The notes below the pieces were generated by a model. The model searched no databases, had not been told where the DNA came from, and saw only the letters and a list, made by a program, of their open reading frames with translations. The translations under genes were made by a program, and so were the position numbers. Positions 22,984-28,982 of a DNA stretch of 28,982 nt are shown in pieces (position 1 is the first letter of the stretch; each line of letters opens with the position of its first letter). Source of the stretch: a virus (Duplodnaviria > Caudoviricetes); the IMG/VR virus record IMGVR_UViG_3300042440_000042, positions 1 to 28,982 of that record; one strand, 5' to 3'.

Positions 22984-25953
22984 ATGCAGAGTGCAAATGT
23001 GCTATCAGACCAACATCAGGCACTTGCCGAGAACTTCGCAAGCCTGGCTCGGGCGCGAGCCGAGCTGCCGGTCTTTGCCATCGAGCACGGGCTCGACGAG
23101 CTGGCGCTGGAGAAACTGAGAAAGATAGTCTCCCGCCAGCTGGAGGAGGATCCACTACTCGCGGGAGCAGCGTGGTCCTGGAGCTATCTGCCGTTGGTCG
23201 TTATCGCCACCGAGGTGGGGTACCGATACCGGGGCACCGGGACTGATTTCTGGCCAGTGCTTGCACACGAGCTCGGAACCGAGGCGGGTACTTCGCTTCG
23301 AACGGGCCTGTCCCGGCTGTTCGAGATCGGGCACCGCAGTTTTCGTCTTGCTCGCCCCGGCGACAGCCCGTGGGAACGCCATGTCCCCCACATTTCATGG
23401 CCAATCGGCAACTCCGTGGTGCCACTGGAAATCCAGCCTCAGCTCACCGATGCTCTCAGACGTGCTGTCAGAACAGGGATTCCAGCCGACGACACGGACA
23501 GGCTGCTCGAATACATGAGGGTGCTTGCCGCAGGTCATTCAAGTCGCCGCTTCGAGAACTGGCTGCTGCAGAGGGATGTCGCTCTCGAGGTCATGCGCAG
23601 GCTACTTGCCCCCGAGTCTTCGGGCTGGCTTTCGGAAACCATCCTCCTCCGGATTGACCGTGATATCCGAAAGGACCGCGGCGCGTATCGAGCGATCACG
23701 GAAGCACGAAAGACGGTCGCACGACGATCGGCGCTCCTCGCGAAGATTACGCCATCGCGGTATGTTCTTGCACTGAAAGACGGTACCCCGAGACAGCTGA
23801 TCATTCGTGGTCCAGTATTGCCGGCGCAGCTGCGCGACGAAGTGATTGCCGCCTTGCGCATTCACGGTGACCGCATTCGTGCCGCTGATGGCGTTCAAGC
23901 GGTCCCTCTCGCCTCATTCCTTGCCGGCGGTGAAATCACTCTAAGCAACGTTTGCCCGTTTCCCTCATCGCCCCTGCGCCGAGGCGATGCCCTCGATGTC
24001 GATGAGGGAACTTCAAATGTAACGATGGAACGTCTGCAGCCACTCGAACCGGAATTCTTCGCTGTCGAGCCCAACGGACTGGCCGCTTGCGCAATGTTTC
24101 CGAACGAAAAGCTCCAATCGGACTCGGGTATCATCCAGTGCATTCGTGTAGATGACGACGGGAACCTCGAAACTCGAGTTCTGCACACCTCCGACCCAGC
24201 GGATGTCGAATTCCTGAGGCGCCGCGGGTTTCTGATTCCAGACCGCGTTCCAACTCTGCAACTTCTTGGACTGCCTGCACCCGGATCGCCACGCAGGTTT
24301 CTTGGTGGCTTCCCGGTGTTGGCCGCTCAACGCAACGGCGCCAGCGCCGAACTGCTCCTCGATGGCTCCGCTGCTTCGGGCGAGGTACTTCGCATCCACG
24401 GCGTCGACTGGAAAGCCCTTCGAGCCGATGTCGGGCTGCATCTGATAGAGCCAGCTGACGGCAGAGACCTCGACAGGCTGGAGTTCGAAGTCATCGAGCC
24501 GCCTGATCTTGAACCCGCAGCGGTGACGTTACTGCCTGCCAACGCAGATGTCTCCGATCTCGAGGCAGGGCGCCTCGAGATCAGGATCACCGCACCACTG
24601 GCCCTCGAGGAAGTCCCTATCCGCATTCGGGTGATCTTGCCGAACGAATCGACGCTTGCTTCCGAGGGCGTGATCGAGCGGTTGCCAGCCACGATAACAG
24701 GCCGCTCTCCGCTCTTGCATCATATCCAGACGCGGCTGGCCGGTCGCGAGGCAAGTGATTTCGGTCTACGCCTAAATGTCGAAGTCGAGGGCCTTCTCGA
24801 GAAAGTCATTTCGCTCCCACCTGCTCGGCGTGAGCTTCGTTACGACTGGGACAACGGCAAGTGGACACGTACCGGTGATGACGACCGGGAACTACCTTCG
24901 GTCCGCGCAACCCCCGCTGCTCCCCTTCTCGGTGCCGGGGATCATGACTGGGAAGGCACCCGCCTCGTTCTTCCGGACGCTGCGGATCACGAGGCGCTCT
25001 CGGCGGGCCTGATCCTTTCGGGACAGGGATCAAATCGACTCGGCCTCGGAGAGCGCAGCGCAGTGTCGCTCCCTGCTCTGCTTCGGGAGCCGACCTCGGG
25101 GGGCAACGGCGTCGGTCTCATCGAATTGGCTCGTGCGAATGCTGCATGGCAACTCGCAGAAGCGAACAATCTGCTGGCGAACTGGCAGCGATGGACGATA
25201 GTTGAAGAACTTGAAGGCGCACTGATCGAGCAGCTCTGCGGGTCGAGCTGGCGAAAGCTGGAAACGGGTATCGATATATCGATACTCACTCCTCACGGGG
25301 CACTCCTTCGGTGTGCGGACGCGCTGGGCCTCGTTTCGGGAAAAGACCTGCCGAGGATCGAGACAGCTGCTGACCGGGAGTTCCTGCAGGATCGTTTGAT
25401 CACTCGGTTTCGCGAGACAGTGCCAGACGTCCCGGAATCGCTACTGCAGTGGGGCGACGATCTGGCGGGCGATCTCGATCTCGCCGTGATCGAGGCATAC
25501 GAGGACTTGCGGCACCACCTGGAAACGAGTGGCGTCGACACCTTCGATGAGGTGGACATGTTCCGTCCTGCAGAAACATGGCGCAATGCGTTGGAGCGGT
25601 CGCGGGAAATGCCGCTTCTGCCAATGTTCCGCCCGTTCATCCTGCCTGATGCGCGGTGGTCATCACTGGTCAGTCCCTGGTACGGCGAACTGAGCGAAGA
25701 CGACCTCGTCGATCTGCTTGACTCCTGCCACGTTGATGCCTTCCGGCGACCCGGCCTGCGATGGCTTGGGCGTGCCGAACTGCGAACCATGCTCCAGTTG
25801 TGGCTGTCGCCCAAGCTGATGGTGGAAACGGAAGGTTGGCGAGACCTGCTCGCCAAGGCACTTTCGGATGCCCAGACGAGCCGAGCCGTTCGCTATGTCG
25901 CCCTTCGACGCAAGCTTGCCCTCGGGGATCTGCCGGAAGGGGGGACCAATTGA
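22984..25953 (+). CDS. Large hypothetical protein (~989 aa), no family recognised
   Basis: Uninterrupted ~3 kb ORF with TGATG coupling to the SNF2 gene. Start uncertain: ATG 22984 preferred, GTG 22942 possible. Confidence 0.85.
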   Translation: MQSANVLSDQHQALAENFASLARARAELPVFAIEHGLDELALEKLRKIVSRQLEEDPLLAGAAWSWSYLPLVVIATEVGYRYRGTGTDFWPVLAHELGTEAGTSLRTGLSRLFEIGHRSFRLARPGDSPWERHVPHISWPIGNSVVPLEIQPQLTDALRRAVRTGIPADDTDRLLEYMRVLAAGHSSRRFENWLLQRDVALEVMRRLLAPESSGWLSETILLRIDRDIRKDRGAYRAITEARKTVARRSALLAKITPSRYVLALKDGTPRQLIIRGPVLPAQLRDEVIAALRIHGDRIRAADGVQAVPLASFLAGGEITLSNVCPFPSSPLRRGDALDVDEGTSNVTMERLQPLEPEFFAVEPNGLAACAMFPNEKLQSDSGIIQCIRVDDDGNLETRVLHTSDPADVEFLRRRGFLIPDRVPTLQLLGLPAPGSPRRFLGGFPVLAAQRNGASAELLLDGSAASGEVLRIHGVDWKALRADVGLHLIEPADGRDLDRLEFEVIEPPDLEPAAVTLLPANADVSDLEAGRLEIRITAPLALEEVPIRIRVILPNESTLASEGVIERLPATITGRSPLLHHIQTRLAGREASDFGLRLNVEVEGLLEKVISLPPARRELRYDWDNGKWTRTGDDDRELPSVRATPAAPLLGAGDHDWEGTRLVLPDAADHEALSAGLILSGQGSNRLGLGERSAVSLPALLREPTSGGNGVGLIELARANAAWQLAEANNLLANWQRWTIVEELEGALIEQLCGSSWRKLETGIDISILTPHGALLRCADALGLVSGKDLPRIETAADREFLQDRLITRFRETVPDVPESLLQWGDDLAGDLDLAVIEAYEDLRHHLETSGVDTFDEVDMFRPAETWRNALERSREMPLLPMFRPFILPDARWSSLVSPWYGELSEDDLVDLLDSCHVDAFRRPGLRWLGRAELRTMLQLWLSPKLMVETEGWRDLLAKALSDAQTSRAVRYVALRRKLALGDLPEGGTN

Positions 25954-28925
25954 TGGACCAGTACCTCCGGTTCGCAAATGGCGTCCAGGCACTGCGGCGA
26001 CGGGTCTCTGCGCTTGATGTCGGGTTGGGTGGCGCACTTGGAGTCGCCGCTGATCCATTGCCGCATCAGATTGCGACTGTGCGCAGGATCCTTGGGGACT
26101 CGCACATTCGCCACCTGATCTCGGACGAGGTCGGTCTCGGGAAGACCGTACAGGCGTTGATGATCGTGAATGCACTGCGCTGGCAAGCTCACAGGCACAG
26201 AACGCTCGTCATTGCCCCGGACAACTTGTTGTCGCAATGGCAGGAAGAGTGCTGGATTCGTGGTCACGTCATGCCTGCCATCGCAGGTGCAGTTGGGCAT
26301 GGTACGAATGAAGAGCTTTCGCCGGTCACGCTGGCGAGACCGCGCGACCTGATGACACGTCCCGGCGAGGGGGCGCGCACCATCACCGCGGATCCCGTTG
26401 TCTTCGACCTCCTGATCGTTGACGAGCCCCAAACGATGCCACGGGAGGCGATCCAGGCAATCGCGCAGGGAGCTGACGAGTTCCGGCAAGTTCTTGTTCT
26501 GTCTGCGACACCAAGACTCGGCGATCCTGCATGGCGGGAGCCGATACTGCGGATGATCGAACCGGAAGCAGCTGCGCTTGCGCGGATCGAGGGACGCAGC
26601 GTGGCTGATGCTCTTCGGAGCCGCGAAGAAGCGGCTCTTGCGGATCTGAGCCAGACGGACAGCCCGGACGGCTGGAAGAGGGGTTTCCTGAGGTCAGGAG
26701 CTACGCGACGGATCATCAGGAACGGGCGCTCCGAATGGGGTGCATATCTGCCGCAGCGCCGTAATCACGAGGTCCGGCGGCGACCCCTGACTTCCGAGCG
26801 AATGCGCCACGAGATCGCTGCCATGATGCTGGACGGGACAGACCCCGCCCAAGGCATTCAAGGACCTGCATGGACGGCTGCGCGAGCCCTGCAGCGCAGT
26901 GCTCGTGCGGCAAGAACAGTCCTGACTGAACTTGCTGCACGTGGAGGAACTCTCGGTCAGCTTGCGGAAGCCGCCCGCGTCAAGTCACTTGAGGATCCTG
27001 GTGACAGCAGGCTGGAAGCGTTGCTGGACATCCTGTCCGGCCAATGGTGCGAGGATGACGAGCGCGCGTTCATTATCGTTTGTGGGGACAACCCGACGAT
27101 CGACATGTTGCGGGTGGCGCTTCCCAGATACTTCCCATCGCTGGCTGACGGAATCTCCGTCCTTCGGCGCCCTGCAACAATGGACGTCGAGGGTGTCACC
27201 AATCTTCGGGAAATCCAGGAAACGCTCGCACCGCTGCTGTCTGGCGACAGCCGCCTCCTGCTGGTTGGCGACTGGGTGCAGGCGGGGCTCAACCTACACC
27301 ATGTTGCTGACGGGATCATCTTCTTTTCCTTGCCTTGGGAAATCGACAGCATCGATCAGCTGATCGGCCGCGTGGACCGTCTTGGCGCAACTGGCGAGCG
27401 CAAAGGCGCAAGGCGCGTCATCGATATCTGGCGGATCCTGATCGAAGGCTCCCAGGAAACCGCGATTGCCGACACGGTCGCGGAACTGGGCGTGTTCGAC
27501 TCGCCGCTTCCGCCGCTCTCGCCCACGGACCTGGCGGAACTGCAGGCAACTCTGGGGCATGCCGCCATAAGGCGGAAGGCAGCTCTTCTTGTTACTCCTC
27601 TTGCTGGAAAGGGCATCGGGCTGCCGTCTCTCTTCCAGGAGGCAGATCCCTTCACACAGCAAGAGGCAGCAGCCGACTTCGAACTGTGGCGAGAGAAACC
27701 TTGCCCTGCCCCGGCGATGATGTCCGACCTGGCGCGTGCTGATGAGACGCCCATTCGACGGGAAGAGCGTGCTCTCGGCGCATGGCTAAAGACGATTAAG
27801 GCATCAAGGGACTTTGATACCGGCGGGCGTTTGGACAAGGAGGATGGCTACGGCTTCCAGACGATCTGGTATCATGGAGTTGGCGAACGAGGACGAGCCG
27901 GCGAGAGTCCCTTTTCCTTGCCTGGCGCGTCCCGTGATAACTGGATGTCAGGTCACGTCCCATTCATCTATCGGCGATCCCACATTTCTGCACCGCCCCG
28001 GAAGATCGTCTTCACTGACGATGGAGAGCTTGGGGCAGATGGTACACGGTCCGGTCGCCCACTTCGTTTCCTCGATCACGGCTCGGAACTGCATGATGCA
28101 CTGGTTGCCGGCTATGCTGCTGCAGGCCTCAGTTCCTTCGGGACAGCCAAGCCGGTAGTGCAGACGAGCGTCAGGCTACCCGAAGGTCACCCGGCACGGG
28201 GACTTGGCCCATTGGTGGTCATTACAGTCGCGCAGTTCGACCCTTTCCCGGATGAGCTACTTCCCGCGCTCTGGACCGCCGAGGCAAGGGAGATTCTCAA
28301 CAGCGCGCCGACAGAAGTGCAGAAGACCGCACTTTCAGCCGATCGACGCATGCTTCATTCCCTATTTCGTGCCCTCCAGCGCAGGGTCAGGATCACAGCC
28401 CCGGCAGTATTCATGCGCAAGGGTTACTGGAAGGCCAAGGATGGCTGGCGGGAATTGTCCGAAGAAGATGTGGACCTTTGTCTGCAACCAATAACGTCGT
28501 CGACCAACAATGCGCTGGCCAGAGGCAGAACCCCACTTTCGGCTCTCGAGAAACATGAGGCGGTGAACGCACTCCGATCTCGGCAACTGGTGACAATCAC
28601 CTCCGAGGTGGAACGATACAGAGACTCAGCTCTGCAGCGTATTCGACATGAGCTTGAAGGCCTGACAGATCAGGTGAGCGCGCACTTTCTGGCAGAGATC
28701 CGAAATCGCGAGCTGATGCTGGAACGGCGTAGGCAATCTCCACCGGAAGCCGGTCCAGTCGAGCTTTGGCAGGGCCAGGTTGCGTCTTCGGAGAGATCCC
28801 TGTCGATGGCTCGGCAGAACTTTTCGGAAGCGACCGCCTTCCTGCAGGGTCTTGTCGGCGGGTGCCTCGTTGCTCGCACTGTGCAGCCGTGCACCATTCT
28901 CCTTGCACTCATCGCTGATGACTGA
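25953..28925 (+). CDS. SNF2/RapA-family helicase-like ATPase (DpdE/DrmD-like; 990 aa)
   Basis: LPHQ...SDEVGLGKT, VIAPDNLLSQWQEE, LLIVDEPQ, LSATP, DSRLEAL, AGLNL, LPW and DQLIGRVDRLG, with a C-terminal coiled coil. Start ATG 25953 overlaps the upstream TGA. Confidence 0.88.
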   Translation: MDQYLRFANGVQALRRRVSALDVGLGGALGVAADPLPHQIATVRRILGDSHIRHLISDEVGLGKTVQALMIVNALRWQAHRHRTLVIAPDNLLSQWQEECWIRGHVMPAIAGAVGHGTNEELSPVTLARPRDLMTRPGEGARTITADPVVFDLLIVDEPQTMPREAIQAIAQGADEFRQVLVLSATPRLGDPAWREPILRMIEPEAAALARIEGRSVADALRSREEAALADLSQTDSPDGWKRGFLRSGATRRIIRNGRSEWGAYLPQRRNHEVRRRPLTSERMRHEIAAMMLDGTDPAQGIQGPAWTAARALQRSARAARTVLTELAARGGTLGQLAEAARVKSLEDPGDSRLEALLDILSGQWCEDDERAFIIVCGDNPTIDMLRVALPRYFPSLADGISVLRRPATMDVEGVTNLREIQETLAPLLSGDSRLLLVGDWVQAGLNLHHVADGIIFFSLPWEIDSIDQLIGRVDRLGATGERKGARRVIDIWRILIEGSQETAIADTVAELGVFDSPLPPLSPTDLAELQATLGHAAIRRKAALLVTPLAGKGIGLPSLFQEADPFTQQEAAADFELWREKPCPAPAMMSDLARADETPIRREERALGAWLKTIKASRDFDTGGRLDKEDGYGFQTIWYHGVGERGRAGESPFSLPGASRDNWMSGHVPFIYRRSHISAPPRKIVFTDDGELGADGTRSGRPLRFLDHGSELHDALVAGYAAAGLSSFGTAKPVVQTSVRLPEGHPARGLGPLVVITVAQFDPFPDELLPALWTAEAREILNSAPTEVQKTALSADRRMLHSLFRALQRRVRITAPAVFMRKGYWKAKDGWRELSEEDVDLCLQPITSSTNNALARGRTPLSALEKHEAVNALRSRQLVTITSEVERYRDSALQRIRHELEGLTDQVSAHFLAEIRNRELMLERRRQSPPEAGPVELWQGQVASSERSLSMARQNFSEATAFLQGLVGGCLVARTVQPCTILLALIADD

Positions 28926-28982
28926 TACCAACGGCCTTTTGCGCTGACTCTCGAGGGTCTTTGCACGCGCTTTCGGAGATGA

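Larger units (their letters stand above)
11618..28925. other. Candidate anti-phage defence island: DISARM-like locus with non-canonical gene content
   Basis: Eight contiguous genes: vsr, C5-MTase, NERD-helicase, drmB, drmA, uvrD-like, ~989-aa unknown, SNF2 ATPase. Defence function is inferred from the drmA-drmB core plus methyltransferase. Confidence 0.8.

Noticed and set aside
28918-28982. Start of a downstream coupled gene at ATG 28918
   Set aside because: That frame stops after 9 codons (MTDTNGLLR*). Too little sequence remains to call anything.
1-28982. CRISPR array, tRNA/rRNA, DGR or invertible tail-fibre cassette
   Set aside because: No regularly spaced repeats, RNA-gene signatures, reverse transcriptase, duplicated variable region or invertase seen by eye. 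Subtle repeats cannot be excluded without a self dot-plot.

Overview
The window has three parts. Gene families, and high GC judged by eye, suggest an alphaproteobacterium, probably Rhodobacteraceae (inference). (1) 1-8.9 kb: the right end of an IS5-family element, then the distal late operon of a siphovirus-like prophage. It carries a BR0599/DUF2163 tail-hub gene, two small tail-assembly genes, a 1042-aa tail-tip protein with an inserted vWA domain, DUF2793-like, SPRY-like and other putative receptor-binding genes, and a lysis cassette (putative holin, M15 endolysin with a C-terminal TM helix, overlapped i/o-spanins). (2) 8.9-11.4 kb: small moron-like genes and a reverse-strand three-gene operon centred on a DUF4236-TPR protein. 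(3) 11.6-28.9 kb: a ~17 kb candidate defence island. Divergent vsr and a C5 cytosine methyltransferase lie beside a minus-strand operon uvrD-like / drmA / drmB (DUF1998) / NERD-nuclease-SF1 helicase. An unrecognised ~989-aa protein coupled to a SNF2/RapA/DpdE-like ATPase is transcribed divergently from it. The best candidate for an undescribed system is this DISARM-like locus: no PLD nuclease DrmC is visible in the window, a NERD nuclease-helicase sits in its place, and the locus holds four helicase-family motors. All family assignments come from motif recognition by eye; no searches were run, and the island may continue past the right edge.
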